From Escherichia phage vB_EcoM_NBG1, in sequence record MH243438.1: a DNA stretch of 64,000 nucleotides, one strand, 5' to 3'. Within the stretch, counting starts at the first letter, position 1. The number at the start of each line of letters is the position of its first letter. This document shows positions 40,903 through 51,577 of the stretch, piece by piece. Under the pieces are notes generated by a model that had not been told where the DNA came from, did no database searches, and saw nothing but the letters and a program-made list of their open reading frames with translations. The position numbers and the translations under genes were made by a program.

Positions 40903-41486
40903 TTATATACGCTCTCAGTAATTTCGGTGAGTTCATCGATTCTGTAGTAATGAGATTCTACCATAGAACGTTGAAGCATAATATCCTGGACGAAATCTTT
41001 ATCAAGTTGAACATCTGAATTAACACGACATTTCTTAATGATTTTAGTCATCACGATTTCATCGGCATAAGGCAGTGCTTGTTTTAATAAAGCGGGGCCA
41101 CCAATAACAGATACATCAACATGTTCAGTAGAAAGTTTAAACGGTACATCAGTTGCAGGGCTAAACAGGTTAATTTCACCGCCCATTAGCAAGGTAATAA
41201 ATTCAGATTGGGTGATATAGAACCGTGCAAGTTCATCAGTTTTAGTCCTAGGCAGTTTTCTGGCCATATCAGTGACAACCACATGAGTACGATCTGGGAG
41301 TAGACGAGGTAATGATGCAAAAGTCTTAGCACCCATAACCATTACAGTGTTTTTAGTGCGAGCAACAAAGTTACTCATATCTTGTTTGATATGCTTCCAT
41401 GGAAGTCCATCACCTAATCCAAAAGCATATTCCAGTTTATCATCAACTGTTTTAGACGGTGCGCATGCGAATACTAATTTAAGCAT
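40899..41486 (-). CDS. frd: Dihydrofolate reductase
   Basis: 195 aa from ATG 41486; MLKLVFACAPSKTVDD...AFGLGDGLPW matches remembered T4 Frd; the track ORF is extended upstream. Confidence 0.92.
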   Translation of the reverse strand: MLKLVFACAPSKTVDDKLEYAFGLGDGLPWKHIKQDMSNFVARTKNTVMVMGAKTFASLPRLLPDRTHVVVTDMARKLPRTKTDELARFYITQSEFITLLMGGEINLFSPATDVPFKLSTEHVDVSVIGGPALLKQALPYADEIVMTKIIKKCRVNSDVQLDKDFVQDIMLQRSMVESHYYRIDELTEITESVYK

Positions 41487-41727
41487 TTTTAAGTCCTTTA
41501 ATAACTTTTTGGATTTGTGATTTAGAAGAAACCAAATCAGTCTGGATTTGACAACCATCGGTAGAGTCAAATACTATAACACAAACGCGAGGTTTTGTTG
41601 TGTATCGCCCAGACAAATCAAATGCGTCACCAATGAATTCGGCCAAATCCGGATGGTCTAAATTAACTGAAGTATAAACTTCATATCCGACATCAGCGCC
41701 TTGAGAGTATTCAACAACAACATTCAT
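41479..41727 (-). CDS. Hypothetical protein (frd.1 position)
   Basis: 82 aa ORF coupled to frd. Confidence 0.5.
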   Translation of the reverse strand: MNVVVEYSQGADVGYEVYTSVNLDHPDLAEFIGDAFDLSGRYTTKPRVCVIVFDSTDGCQIQTDLVSSKSQIQKVIKGLKNA

Positions 41728-41729
41728 AA

Positions 41730-41978
41730 TTATTTCCTCAGATTTTTCTTAACAACTTTCCAATCGGCTTTGAACGATTCAACATCAGAGTGGTGAATCC
41801 AGAATCCTGCACTTTCACCATCTTCGTAGAGTGGACATCCATCACATTCTTCGTTCCAACCCATTTCACGTAAAGCTTCTTCAGCTTGTTCAAGGAGTTC
41901 AGCGTCTTTACCAACGATGTTGAAGTACCATTTACCTCTAACTTCAGAATCTTTGATGCTCTGGCGTTGTAATCTCAT
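41730..41978 (-). CDS. Hypothetical protein
   Basis: 82 aa ORF. Confidence 0.5.
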   Translation of the reverse strand: MRLQRQSIKDSEVRGKWYFNIVGKDAELLEQAEEALREMGWNEECDGCPLYEDGESAGFWIHHSDVESFKADWKVVKKNLRK

Positions 41979-42042
41979 TTTATTCTCCGCTTCACCTTTA
42001 ATTTGATAGGGCTACTATAACATAACCCTATCTGATTGTACA

Positions 42043-42435
42043 CTACTTTTTAAAAGTGTTTTGCAAAAGTTTGATGATTTCGTCGACGTTGGTTTCATCT
42101 ACGATACAATGGATTTTTGTTACACCTAAAGTTACACCTTCGTTAGTAGGTTGAGGCTTTACTAAATCTACCTCGGTAAAGTATTTGAACTCGTCAGGAT
42201 AAATCTCAAAATAAGTTTCAATTTCACCACCGGCAGAACATACAGTACCATCTTCCATAGTTACACTTACTACGTTTGACATATCGCTATCATAATCAGG
42301 TTCCATTCCGTTTACAACAAAACTAGGCCCGTGGAGTTCAATCAATTTTAACATCTTAGCGTTATTGTGTGGTGCTTCTTGAACAAAGTCATCTTTAAAT
42401 AAAGGGTTAATGATATAAGATTTTCCGATTTCCAT
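42043..42435 (-). CDS. Hypothetical protein
   Basis: 130 aa; early promoter cassette at 42461-42494. Confidence 0.55.
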   Translation of the reverse strand: MEIGKSYIINPLFKDDFVQEAPHNNAKMLKLIELHGPSFVVNGMEPDYDSDMSNVVSVTMEDGTVCSAGGEIETYFEIYPDEFKYFTEVDLVKPQPTNEGVTLGVTKIHCIVDETNVDEIIKLLQNTFKK

Positions 42436-42460
42436 TTTGATTTCCTCATGTTGTTGATAG

Positions 42461-42494
42461 GTCTATACTAACACATCCAGGGAAGAAGTAAACA
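42461..42494 (-). promoter_or_regulatory. T4-type early promoter
   Basis: GTTTAC -35, GTTAGTATAGAC -10, conserved caacaacATGAGGAAA leader; upstream of the 130 aa ORF. Confidence 0.6.
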
Positions 42495-42518
42495 ACTTTT
42501 TCGGCAATTTACAGATAC

Positions 42519-42543
42519 TCAAAAGGGAGACCGAAGTCTCCCA
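42519..42543 (-). terminator. Terminator after gene 32
   Basis: - strand GGGAGAC-TTCG-GTCTCCC plus T-run, 6 nt after the gp32 stop. Confidence 0.75.
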
Positions 42544-42548
42544 ATTTA

Positions 42549-43448
42549 TTATAGACCAGCTAACAGGTCATCGAGGTCGCTATCGTCAGAAGACGAGGAA
42601 CTCATGAAGTCATCTTCAGTTTTTGCAGAACTAAAGGCTTCCATGTCTTTATCAAAATCGTCAAGGTCAGAAGCAACTTTATCTGCAACAGAAGCTGCGG
42701 CAGCTGCTGCACCACCAAGAGCGGCAGTACCAAGAACTTGATTAAATTTAGTATTCAATTCTTCAAACGATTTGAACTTATCTTTAGAAGTCATTTCAGA
42801 AAGGTCAACCATTTGTTCGAACAATTCTTTCTGGAAAGATTCATCATCAATGTTTGGAATCGCAGATTGATTCAGGAATTTAGATTCGTCGTAGTTACTG
42901 AAACCAGAAACCTGTTTAACTTTCAGCACAAAGTTAGCACCTTCCCACGGGCAAGTTACATCAACCGGAGTTTCACCCATTTCGGTATCAACTGCAATCA
43001 TTGCATTGATTTTGTCCCAAATCTTTTTACCAAAACGGTATTTGAATACTTTACCTTCATTATCTGGAGCTTGTGGGTCTTTAACAACCAGGATATTAGC
43101 CCAATAAGAAGTTTTACGTTTCAGTTGAGAATATTCTGTTTTGTTTGTATTGTACAGGTCATTTTTACTAATGTACTGGCATACCGGACAAGAGTCATAA
43201 TCGCCGTGTGTAGATGAACAGGTTTCAATATACCATTTGCCATTTTTCTTGAAACCGTGGTTAACAAGAATTGTAAACGGAAGTGCGTCATCTGTTTTTG
43301 CCGGCAGGAAACGAATTACCGCTTGACCATTACCGGATGCATCGAGTTTCAGCTTCCATTCACCTTTATCTTCTGAAGAGAAACCTTTGTTACCATTCAG
43401 TTTAGCCATCTGAGCTGCGAGGTCTGCGGTACTTTTACGTTTAAACAT
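42549..43448 (-). CDS. 32: Single-stranded DNA-binding protein gp32
   Basis: 299 aa; [36 protein letters not shown]... and acidic C-terminal tail match T4 gp32; terminator hairpin downstream. Confidence 0.97.
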   Translation of the reverse strand: MFKRKSTADLAAQMAKLNGNKGFSSEDKGEWKLKLDASGNGQAVIRFLPAKTDDALPFTILVNHGFKKNGKWYIETCSSTHGDYDSCPVCQYISKNDLYNTNKTEYSQLKRKTSYWANILVVKDPQAPDNEGKVFKYRFGKKIWDKINAMIAVDTEMGETPVDVTCPWEGANFVLKVKQVSGFSNYDESKFLNQSAIPNIDDESFQKELFEQMVDLSEMTSKDKFKSFEELNTKFNQVLGTAALGGAAAAAASVADKVASDLDDFDKDMEAFSSAKTEDDFMSSSSSDDSDLDDLLAGL

Positions 43449-43565
43449 TTTATTTGCCTTTATTTAGATTATTAATTAAATTTTACAGTTGGTTGCTACG
43501 ACACTTATACCTCGTAGCTGGTATGATTTATTTATAAAGTAATTTTAACACACAAGAAATAAAGC

Positions 43566-44219
43566 TTAATACTTACATGATTTGATTGTTTCTATGAACA
43601 ATTTCTTAGCAGCATTTCCATCGATTTGAAGTATTTTTCGATATGCCTTTAATTTGGTAGAATAATTTTGCCAGACTAAGTTATCGGTGAGTTCGTCGTG
43701 CTTATCTATAATATTCAAAAATGAGTCCAACAATAAGAAAGTCTCAAATGAAATTATATTGCTTTGTAGCAATTTGAATATGTAGCTCGACTGAACGTTG
43801 TTATTATAATCAAATATCTCTTGAAGCGCACTAACTTCAACTTTCTTACTGAAATAGTAGATGTTACGTACGTCTTCAGCAAACGTCTCCTTGGCTTGTT
43901 TGAGACGTCCAATATATTCCCTATAGAAAACTAATGCATCAGCGTCTGATATCTCACCAATCCATGCGTCTTGGTTAGCAACTAAGTTGCTTATGAATAT
44001 CAAGGTGAGTTCCTTCAATTTATATTTCTCTGCTAGTTTTTCAAAGAAATATTTATCTCGGCGTTTTTGATACGCATTATCCGAAACACGCATGCACCAG
44101 TTATATTTGATTACGTCATACCGACCATTAAAATGTTGTTTGCACATCAAGTATAGTTTGTATACCGATTTTCCGTTAATATAACGTTCTCCATCAGGAG
44201 GCATGCGTATTTTAATCAT
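43566..44219 (-). CDS. 59: Helicase loader gp59
   Basis: 217 aa, same length and position as T4 gp59. Confidence 0.9.
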   Translation of the reverse strand: MIKIRMPPDGERYINGKSVYKLYLMCKQHFNGRYDVIKYNWCMRVSDNAYQKRRDKYFFEKLAEKYKLKELTLIFISNLVANQDAWIGEISDADALVFYREYIGRLKQAKETFAEDVRNIYYFSKKVEVSALQEIFDYNNNVQSSYIFKLLQSNIISFETFLLLDSFLNIIDKHDELTDNLVWQNYSTKLKAYRKILQIDGNAAKKLFIETIKSCKY

Positions 44220-44554
44220 AATAAGAAATCTAGCGTATTAGTTTTTTCACCACGAGCAACTGATGGGCGAAGCATGTTTTCGTCAATTGCTTCGCTTGTA
44301 ATTTTTTCAACAATTCCTGTAGGAATAAATTTAGCAAATTGTGTTTCTGGAATAGAATTTTCTTCCAAGAAAGCAGTTGTTGCTTCTAAATAAGACATAC
44401 CAAATTGTTCAACCATGGATTCGATAATGAATCCGTTTTCTTGTCGGTCAAGCAATTTAGCGATATCATCTTTATCGTGTTTTACTGCTAATTCTTGTTC
44501 AGATAAACCGGCCTCATCAACCGGTTTAATATCACTTAGTGAAAACTGTGTCAT
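44216..44554 (-). CDS. 33: Late promoter transcription accessory protein gp33
   Basis: 112 aa; MTQFSLSDIKPVDEAGLSEQELAVKHDKDDIAKLLDRQENGFIIESMVEQFGMSYLEATTAFLEENSIPE matches T4 gp33. Confidence 0.95.
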   Translation of the reverse strand: MTQFSLSDIKPVDEAGLSEQELAVKHDKDDIAKLLDRQENGFIIESMVEQFGMSYLEATTAFLEENSIPETQFAKFIPTGIVEKITSEAIDENMLRPSVARGEKTNTLDFLL

Positions 44555-44801
44555 AAAGCTCGACTACCTCTTCGTTTTCAGCTTCAAATTGGTCACGAGC
44601 GTCTTTATGATAAAGAGCTAACAAACGATTAAACATTTTTCCATCGACGCCAAGCTCTTCTTTAGCACGAGTACGAATGTCTTTAATCAGTTCATTATAA
44701 CCAGAAATTTTAAGTTTGTTATCGGAAGCTTCCTTAACTAGTTTAGCCAGTTCTTCACCATGCACATCTTGATTAAATTCAACTGCTTCTTTCTTAGCCA
44801 T
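44532..44801 (-). CDS. dsbA: Double-stranded DNA binding protein DsbA
   Basis: 89 aa from ATG 44801 (SD GAGGT); size and position match T4 DsbA. Confidence 0.85.
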   Translation of the reverse strand: MAKKEAVEFNQDVHGEELAKLVKEASDNKLKISGYNELIKDIRTRAKEELGVDGKMFNRLLALYHKDARDQFEAENEEVVELYDTVFTK

Positions 44802-44808
44802 GTTTACC

Positions 44809-45726
44809 TCAGAATTCATTAATTACACTTGTTAATTTAGAAAGACCAGATTTTACAAAGTATGAATAAATCTTGCCTTTAGGTTGTTGTTTATATGAGT
44901 TATAATACTCTATAATGGTTGAAGCAATATTATCAGGGATATAATCAAAATCAATGAGAACCAAATTTTCTTGATACCGTTTATATTCTTCTGCACTTAA
45001 TAATACTTCAGCTTGAGAACGGTCGTTAGCAATTGCTTCAATAATTGATGTTTTCATGCTTGGAGTTCGTTCACCATCAACTCTGGTAAACCAGAAGTCG
45101 CCACGAACTCGAACAGATGCAACGCCGTCTTTACGGTCACCTTTAAGAATTTTAGTCATACAATCAATTTCAGCAGAACCGTTCTTAATTTTAACCCATT
45201 TTTTCTGTGGTGGCGACCACTGTTTAACGTTAGGATATTTGTGTAATTGTGTAAAGTCACCATCAGATGCAACAATACATACTTTATGTCCGGCTAATGA
45301 CAAATATTTAGTTAATACACCGATATGGTCATCCGCTTCATACTTGTCAATATCCATTACAACGTATGGCATGTATTTCTTAATCTCATCAACAACTTGA
45401 TGGAGTGCAGTAAAATATCCTTCCCAATCCCATTTTGAAGCTTCACGATCGGTTTTACGATTTTTCTTGTAATAGTAAGCAAAGTCACGACGCCAATAAC
45501 CTGAAGTAGCATTATCCATACACAACACAAATTTTGTATAGCCTTGCTTACGGAACATCACTACGTTTTTACGAATTGAATTCAAGATTACATGGCGAAC
45601 CATTGGAATCGTAATTTTATCGCCATCTTCAAAGTTGTTTAATGCTGCTGCCAATGCAATGTTACTAAAGTCGGCAAGTGCAATACCTTCTTTGTAATCT
45701 TCATCTAACATCATTTCTAAATCCAT
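44809..45726 (-). CDS. rnh: RNase H (5'-3' exonuclease)
   Basis: 305 aa; FEN-family features and C-terminus SYFVKSGLSKLTSVINEF match remembered T4 Rnh. Confidence 0.95.
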   Translation of the reverse strand: MDLEMMLDEDYKEGIALADFSNIALAAALNNFEDGDKITIPMVRHVILNSIRKNVVMFRKQGYTKFVLCMDNATSGYWRRDFAYYYKKNRKTDREASKWDWEGYFTALHQVVDEIKKYMPYVVMDIDKYEADDHIGVLTKYLSLAGHKVCIVASDGDFTQLHKYPNVKQWSPPQKKWVKIKNGSAEIDCMTKILKGDRKDGVASVRVRGDFWFTRVDGERTPSMKTSIIEAIANDRSQAEVLLSAEEYKRYQENLVLIDFDYIPDNIASTIIEYYNSYKQQPKGKIYSYFVKSGLSKLTSVINEF

Positions 45727-45754
45727 ATGAACCTCTTGTTCAGTTAGTCAACTT

Positions 45755-45789
45755 GTCTATAGTAACACACTCATTTGAAAGCGTAAACT
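45755..45789 (-). promoter_or_regulatory. T4-type early promoter upstream of rnh
   Basis: GTTTAC -35 and GTTACTATAGAC -10 on the - strand; back-to-back with the gene 34 late promoter. Confidence 0.6.
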
Positions 45790-45791
45790 GG

Positions 45792-45799
45792 TATAAATA
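45792..45799 (+). promoter_or_regulatory. T4-type late promoter upstream of gene 34
   Basis: TATAAATA about 30 nt upstream of the gene 34 ATG. Confidence 0.7.
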
Positions 45800-45829
45800 A
45801 GTATTATTGAAACAATAAAGGAAAAACGA

Positions 45830-48800
45830 ATGGCCGACATCAAACGTAAGTTCAGAGCCGAAGACGGTCTGGACGCCGGTGGCGACAAGATTGTTAACGT
45901 AGCATTAGCCGACCGTACAGTAGGTACTGATGGCGTAAACGTTGACTTCCTGGTACAAGAAAACACCGTTCAAGTATATGATTCTACGCGTGGATATAAC
46001 AAAGGATTTGTTGTTCTTTATGACAATCGTTTATATCAAGCAATAAATGATATCGTGTCTCCTTCCGGGGCATTTAACCTTTTACAATGGCGTGCAGTTC
46101 GTACTGATGCACAATGGATAACTGTAGCTTCTGGGACTTATCAACTTTCTTCAGGTGAATCGATTTCTGTTAACACTGGTGCCGGCAATGATATGGTTTT
46201 CACGTTGCCGAATACGCCGGTTGATGGCGATACTGTTGTTTTGGCTGATATTGGTGGAAGAACCGGGACAGTTAAAGTACAGATTAACGCGTCTGTGCAG
46301 AGTATTTTAAACTTTAGAGGTGAACAAGTTCGTACAGTTTTAATGACGCGCCCACGTTCACAACTATTGTTTGTGTTTAGTAATCGTTTGTGGCAGATGT
46401 ATATTACCGATTATGGTAAAGAATCAATCACTGTTACACCTGCGACACCATATCAAGCACAAGCAAATGATTTTATCGTTCGTCGTTTTACTAGTGCAGC
46501 ACCAATCAACATTACACTTCCACGTAATGCTAACAATGGTGATATAATCAGCCTAGTCGATTTAGATAAATTAAACCCACTGTATCATACAATTGTTAAA
46601 ACATTTGATGATACAACGTCTATTGGTGAAGTCGGGACTCATATTGCCGAAGGCAGAAATGACTCTGACGCGTTTTTTGTTTTTGATGCTGCAAGTAGTT
46701 TATGGCGTATATGGGAAGGCGACCAGAAATCGCGTCTTCGTATTATCCGTGCGGATTCAAATATTCGACCAAATGAAGAAGTTCTTATTTTTGGCACAAA
46801 TAACGCTACAACCGGAACTATTAATCTTACGCTGCCTACAGGAATTTTGAGTGGTGACACTGTTAAAATTTCAATGAACTACATGCGTAAAGGCCAAACA
46901 GTAAAAATTAAAGCTGCCGAAGGTGATACAATTGCTTCTTCTGTCGCATTACTTCAGTTCCCTAAACGTTCTGAATATCCACCTGATGCTCAATGGGTCT
47001 CTGTTACTGAACTAGAATTCAATGGCACTACTTCATATGTTCCTGTATTAGAATTAGCGTATATCGAAGACACCGATTCTGACACTCATTATTGGGTTGT
47101 GCAACAGAATGTCCCTACGGTAGAACGTGTCGATGCTGGAACTGATGCTACACGAGCTCGTTTAGGTGTTATTGCTCTTGCTACTCAAGCGCAAGCAAAT
47201 GTTGATTTAGAGAATACTCCAGCTAAAGAAGTGGCTATTACTCCTGAAACATTGGCAAATCGTACAGCAACTGAAGCTCGACGTGGTATCGCTAAAATTG
47301 CTACAACAGCACAAGTTAACCAGAATTCCACAGCATCATTTGTGGACGATACTATTGTTACGCCTAAAAAACTAAATGAGCGTACAGCAACTGAAACTCG
47401 TCGCGGTCTTGCTGAAATTGCTACTCAGGCTGAAACAGATGCTGGTCTTGATGACACAACGATTATTACACCTAAGAAATTGCAGGCACGTCAGGGCTCT
47501 GAAACACTGTCCGGTATAGTTAAATATGTATCAACTACTTCTGCTACTCCGGCTGCATCTCGTGGAACTGCAGGTACTAATGTTTATAATAAAGACACAA
47601 CCACGTTAACTATTTCTCCTAAAGCCCTTGACCAATATAAAGCAACTTATGCTCAACAAGGTGCAGTAATTTTAGCTGTTGATAGTGAAGTAATTGCTGG
47701 TCAATCTCAAGCAGGTTATTCTCACGCTGTAGTAACTCCTGAAACACTACATAAGAAAACTTCTACTGATGGACGTATTGGTTTAATTGAAATTGCTACG
47801 CAAGCAGAAACTAATGCTGGGACTGATTATACACGTGCAGTAACGCCTAAGACGTTAAATGATAGGAGAGCGACGGAAGGATTATCCGGCATAGCCGAAC
47901 TTGCTACGCAAGTCGAATTTGATACTGGAACTGATGATACTCGTATCTCGACTCCACTGAAAATTAAAACTCATTTTGATTCTTCTGACCGTACCAGTGT
48001 TAATTCTGATTCCGGACTTATTGAAGAAGGAACCTTGTGGAACCATTATACTCTTGATATTTCTAAAGCAAATGAAACACAACGTGGTACACTTCGCGTA
48101 GCGACCCAGGCAGAATCTAATGCAGGAACTTTAGATGATGTTCTTATTACTCCTAAAAAGCTTTTAGGGACTAAGTCCACTGAAACGTCTGAAGGTGTAA
48201 TCAAGGTTGCTACTCGGGCTGAAACTGTAACAGGAACTTCTGCTAATACAGCTGTATCGCCTAAGAATTTAAAATGGATTGTCCAGTCTGAACCAACATG
48301 GGCTGCTACTACGGCGATAAGAGGTTTTGTTAAAACTTCATCCGGTTCAATTACGTTCGTTGGTAATGATACAGTCGGTTCAACACAACCTTTAGAATCA
48401 TATGAAAAAAATAGCTATGCTATATCTCCATATGAATTAAACCGTGTACTTGCTAACTATTTGCCATTGAAAGCTAAAGCCGTAGATAGTAATTTATTAG
48501 ATGGCCTAGATTCATCTCAGTTCATTCGTAGGGACATTGCACAGACGGTTAATGGTTCACTAACCTTAACCCAACAAACGAATCTGAGTGCCCCTCTTGT
48601 ATCATCTAGTACTGCTACGTTTGGTGGGTCAGTTTCGGCAAATAGTACATTAACTATTTCTAACTCCGGAACAGCTACTCGTCTGATTTTTGAAAAAGGA
48701 CCTCAAACTGGAACTAATCCAGCACAGACGATGACTATCAGAGTTTGGGGAAATCAGTTTGGTGGCGGATCAGATACAACACGTTCTACTGTATTTGAAG

Positions 48801-49705
48801 TTGGTGATGAAACGTCTAATCATTTTTATTCTCAACGTAATAAAGATGGGAATATAGCGTTTAGCATTAGTGGTACTGTGATGCCAATAAACATTAATGC
48901 TTCCGGTTTGATGAATGTTAATGGCGTTGCAACATTCGGTCGTTCAGTTACTGCTAATGGCGAATTCATTAGTAAGTCTGCAAATGCTTTCAGAGCAATT
49001 AGTGGTGATTACGGATTCTTTATTCGTAATGACGCTGCTAATACCTATTTTATGCTCACTGCATCAGGCGATCAGACCGGCGGATTTAACGGATTACGTC
49101 CTTTAGCTATTAATAATGCATCCGGCCAAGTAACGATTGGTGAAGGCTTAATCATTGCCAAAGGTGCTACTATAAATTCAGGTGGTTTGACTGTTAACTC
49201 TAGAATTCGTTCTCAGGGTAATAAAACATCTGATTTATATACCCGTGCGCCAACATCTGATAATGTAGGATTCTGGTCAATTGATATTAACGATTCAGCC
49301 ACTTATAACCAGTTCCCAGGTTATTTTAAAATGGTTGAAAAAACTAATGAAGTGACTGGGCTTCCATACTTAGAACGTGGCGAAGAAGTTAAATCTCCTG
49401 GTACATTGACTCAGTTTGGTAACACACTTGATTCACTTTACCAAGATTGGATTACTTATCCAACAACCCCAGAAGCACGTACAACCCGTTGGACACGTAC
49501 ATGGCAGAAAACTAAAAATTCTTGGTCAAGTTTTGTTCAGGTGTTTGATGGCGGAAACCCTCCTCAACCTTCTGATATTGGCGCTTTACCTTCTGATAAT
49601 GCAACAATCGGAAACTTGACAATAAGGGATTTCTTAAGGATTGGTAATGTCCGCATTATTCCAGACCCTGTGAATAAATCTGTTAAATTCGAGTGGATTG
49701 AATAA
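45830..49705 (+). CDS. 34: Long tail fibre proximal subunit gp34
   Basis: 1291 aa; MADIKRKFRAEDGLDAGGDKIVNVALADRTVGTDGVNVDFL... and C-terminus match T4 gp34; late promoter 45792-45799. Confidence 0.97.
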   Translation: MADIKRKFRAEDGLDAGGDKIVNVALADRTVGTDGVNVDFLVQENTVQVYDSTRGYNKGFVVLYDNRLYQAINDIVSPSGAFNLLQWRAVRTDAQWITVASGTYQLSSGESISVNTGAGNDMVFTLPNTPVDGDTVVLADIGGRTGTVKVQINASVQSILNFRGEQVRTVLMTRPRSQLLFVFSNRLWQMYITDYGKESITVTPATPYQAQANDFIVRRFTSAAPINITLPRNANNGDIISLVDLDKLNPLYHTIVKTFDDTTSIGEVGTHIAEGRNDSDAFFVFDAASSLWRIWEGDQKSRLRIIRADSNIRPNEEVLIFGTNNATTGTINLTLPTGILSGDTVKISMNYMRKGQTVKIKAAEGDTIASSVALLQFPKRSEYPPDAQWVSVTELEFNGTTSYVPVLELAYIEDTDSDTHYWVVQQNVPTVERVDAGTDATRARLGVIALATQAQANVDLENTPAKEVAITPETLANRTATEARRGIAKIATTAQVNQNSTASFVDDTIVTPKKLNERTATETRRGLAEIATQAETDAGLDDTTIITPKKLQARQGSETLSGIVKYVSTTSATPAASRGTAGTNVYNKDTTTLTISPKALDQYKATYAQQGAVILAVDSEVIAGQSQAGYSHAVVTPETLHKKTSTDGRIGLIEIATQAETNAGTDYTRAVTPKTLNDRRATEGLSGIAELATQVEFDTGTDDTRISTPLKIKTHFDSSDRTSVNSDSGLIEEGTLWNHYTLDISKANETQRGTLRVATQAESNAGTLDDVLITPKKLLGTKSTETSEGVIKVATRAETVTGTSANTAVSPKNLKWIVQSEPTWAATTAIRGFVKTSSGSITFVGNDTVGSTQPLESYEKNSYAISPYELNRVLANYLPLKAKAVDSNLLDGLDSSQFIRRDIAQTVNGSLTLTQQTNLSAPLVSSSTATFGGSVSANSTLTISNSGTATRLIFEKGPQTGTNPAQTMTIRVWGNQFGGGSDTTRSTVFEVGDETSNHFYSQRNKDGNIAFSISGTVMPININASGLMNVNGVATFGRSVTANGEFISKSANAFRAISGDYGFFIRNDAANTYFMLTASGDQTGGFNGLRPLAINNASGQVTIGEGLIIAKGATINSGGLTVNSRIRSQGNKTSDLYTRAPTSDNVGFWSIDINDSATYNQFPGYFKMVEKTNEVTGLPYLERGEEVKSPGTLTQFGNTLDSLYQDWITYPTTPEARTTRWTRTWQKTKNSWSSFVQVFDGGNPPQPSDIGALPSDNATIGNLTIRDFLRIGNVRIIPDPVNKSVKFEWIE

Positions 49706-49713
49706 GAGGTATT

Positions 49714-50841
49714 ATGGAAAAATTTATGGCTAAGTTTGGACAAGGATACGTCCAAACGCCATTTTTATCGGAAAGCAATTCAGTACGATTTAAATTAAGC
49801 ATAGCGGGCTCTTGTCCGCTATCAACATCTCCTGCTTATATTAAGTTTCAAGATAATCCACTTGGGTCTCAGGTTTTTTCCGTTGGATTAAACGTTCGTG
49901 TAATAAATCCTACAACAGGTGCAGTAGTTGAATCTAAGACATATAATTTCTCTACTGAAAACGACGCCACGTCAAGTGCATTTGTTACTTTCATGGACAC
50001 ATATGCTTCAAATTTTATATTTGCTCTTGTTACTAACGCTAAAACAAACTTTCCACCTGAAGTTCTTGCATGGTTTACTAAAGCTGGGAGTTCTGCTATT
50101 CCATTAGCTCAACAAGTTTTAAATATAGTGGACATTTCTTATTCTGCATTTTATATTTCTGGTAAGAATGCTATAGCACTAGAACATATTAAGTATAGTA
50201 ATAAGAAAACTTCAACCGACTATAGTACACCACTTGATGTTGTGTATGACACTATCGATGATATTGGTGCTACCGGCTTCCCTAGACGTACGTATGAATC
50301 GTCAGACACATTTTTATCTGCCATTGGAGGTACTAATAATGAAATTAAAAGGATGCCTACAACATCCATTATTACACCTCTCGCTGGGTATAAATTGAAG
50401 CCTGGAGATTTCCTTTATATGAAATTCCAACTAATGGCCGATGCTGATTTGTTAGCACAAGGGACGACACGACTTTCTATTCGTTTCTTTAAATCTCCTT
50501 CTACTTCACCTATTTCATTTAAGGATATAAACTTTGACGGGGGTGCAGGTGAATGGAAGATATATGAAGACTACATAGAAATTCCTTCTGGTGCTGACGG
50601 GTTCACGATTTATTGTTATCGTACAGCTCCAGTCGGGCAAGGTGGATTAAGAAACGTTATATTCACTGAAGTATCATGTAATGGAAGCGTTTCAAAACCT
50701 GCTGAGTTTGGTATAAATGGTATTCGTGTAAATTATGTTTCAGAATCTTTAAGTGCTCCAGACATAATGACATTACCTACTCAATCTTCAACTGATACTG
50801 GTAAGGTATTTGGACAAGAATTTAAAGAAGCATCAGAATAA
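49714..50841 (+). CDS. 35: Long tail fibre hinge connector gp35
   Basis: 375 aa; synteny and size match T4 gp35. Confidence 0.9.
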   Translation: MEKFMAKFGQGYVQTPFLSESNSVRFKLSIAGSCPLSTSPAYIKFQDNPLGSQVFSVGLNVRVINPTTGAVVESKTYNFSTENDATSSAFVTFMDTYASNFIFALVTNAKTNFPPEVLAWFTKAGSSAIPLAQQVLNIVDISYSAFYISGKNAIALEHIKYSNKKTSTDYSTPLDVVYDTIDDIGATGFPRRTYESSDTFLSAIGGTNNEIKRMPTTSIITPLAGYKLKPGDFLYMKFQLMADADLLAQGTTRLSIRFFKSPSTSPISFKDINFDGGAGEWKIYEDYIEIPSGADGFTIYCYRTAPVGQGGLRNVIFTEVSCNGSVSKPAEFGINGIRVNYVSESLSAPDIMTLPTQSSTDTGKVFGQEFKEASE

Positions 50842-50843
50842 AT

Positions 50844-50870
50844 TTAGGGAGACTTCGGTCTCCCATTTTT
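50844..50870 (+). terminator. Terminator after gene 35
   Basis: GGGAGAC-TTCG-GTCTCCC followed by ATTTTT. Confidence 0.8.
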
Positions 50871-50871
50871 G

Positions 50872-50879
50872 TATAAATA
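50872..50879 (+). promoter_or_regulatory. T4-type late promoter upstream of gene 36
   Basis: TATAAATA 25 nt upstream of the gene 36 ATG, just after the gp35 terminator. Confidence 0.7.
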
Positions 50880-50903
50880 TGGTATACATATAAGGAGACA
50901 ACT

Positions 50904-51569
50904 ATGGCCGATTTAAAAGCTGGTAGTACAACTGGCGGTGCTGTCATATGGCATCAAGGTAATTTCCCTTTAATGCCAGCAGGTGATGACGTCCTGTATA
51001 AAACGTTTAAACTCTATTCAGAATATAATAAACCACAAGCTGCTGATAACGATTTCGTTTCTAAAGCTAATGGTGGTACTTACGCTTCAAAGGTAACATT
51101 TAACAGTGGCGTGCAAATACCATATGCTATAAACAATACAAACCAAAGCGGTATTTTTCCTGGTAACGGTGATGCAGCTACTTTTGTTACAGCAAATATT
51201 GATATTGTTTCATGGTACGGTATTGGTTTTAAATCATCACAAGGAACAGCTGGTAGAACTGTAGTAATCAATACACGTAATGGTGATATTAATACAAAAG
51301 GCGTTGTGTCGGCAGCTGGTCAAGTAAGAAGCGATATGACTGCTCCGGTTGCAGCAAATGATCTCACAAGAAAAGATTATGTTGATGGAAGAATAAATAT
51401 TGTTACGGATAACGCAAATTCCCGTGTATTGCGTTCTGGCGATACCATGACTGGTACTTTAACAGCACCAAACTTTTTCTCACAGAATCCGGCGTCTGAG
51501 GCTAATCATGTTCCTCGTTTCGACCAGATTGTAATTAAAGATTCTGTTCAAGATTTCGGCTATTATTAA
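50904..51569 (+). CDS. 36: Long tail fibre hinge connector gp36
   Basis: 221 aa, same as T4 gp36; late promoter 50872-50879. Confidence 0.9.
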   Translation: MADLKAGSTTGGAVIWHQGNFPLMPAGDDVLYKTFKLYSEYNKPQAADNDFVSKANGGTYASKVTFNSGVQIPYAINNTNQSGIFPGNGDAATFVTANIDIVSWYGIGFKSSQGTAGRTVVINTRNGDINTKGVVSAAGQVRSDMTAPVAANDLTRKDYVDGRINIVTDNANSRVLRSGDTMTGTLTAPNFFSQNPASEANHVPRFDQIVIKDSVQDFGYY

Positions 51570-51577
51570 GAGGACTT

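Noticed and set aside
42738-43217. 159 aa + strand ORF inside gene 32, and 174 aa + strand ORF at 35131-35655 inside rnlA
   Set aside because: Antisense to well-supported genes; shadow ORFs.
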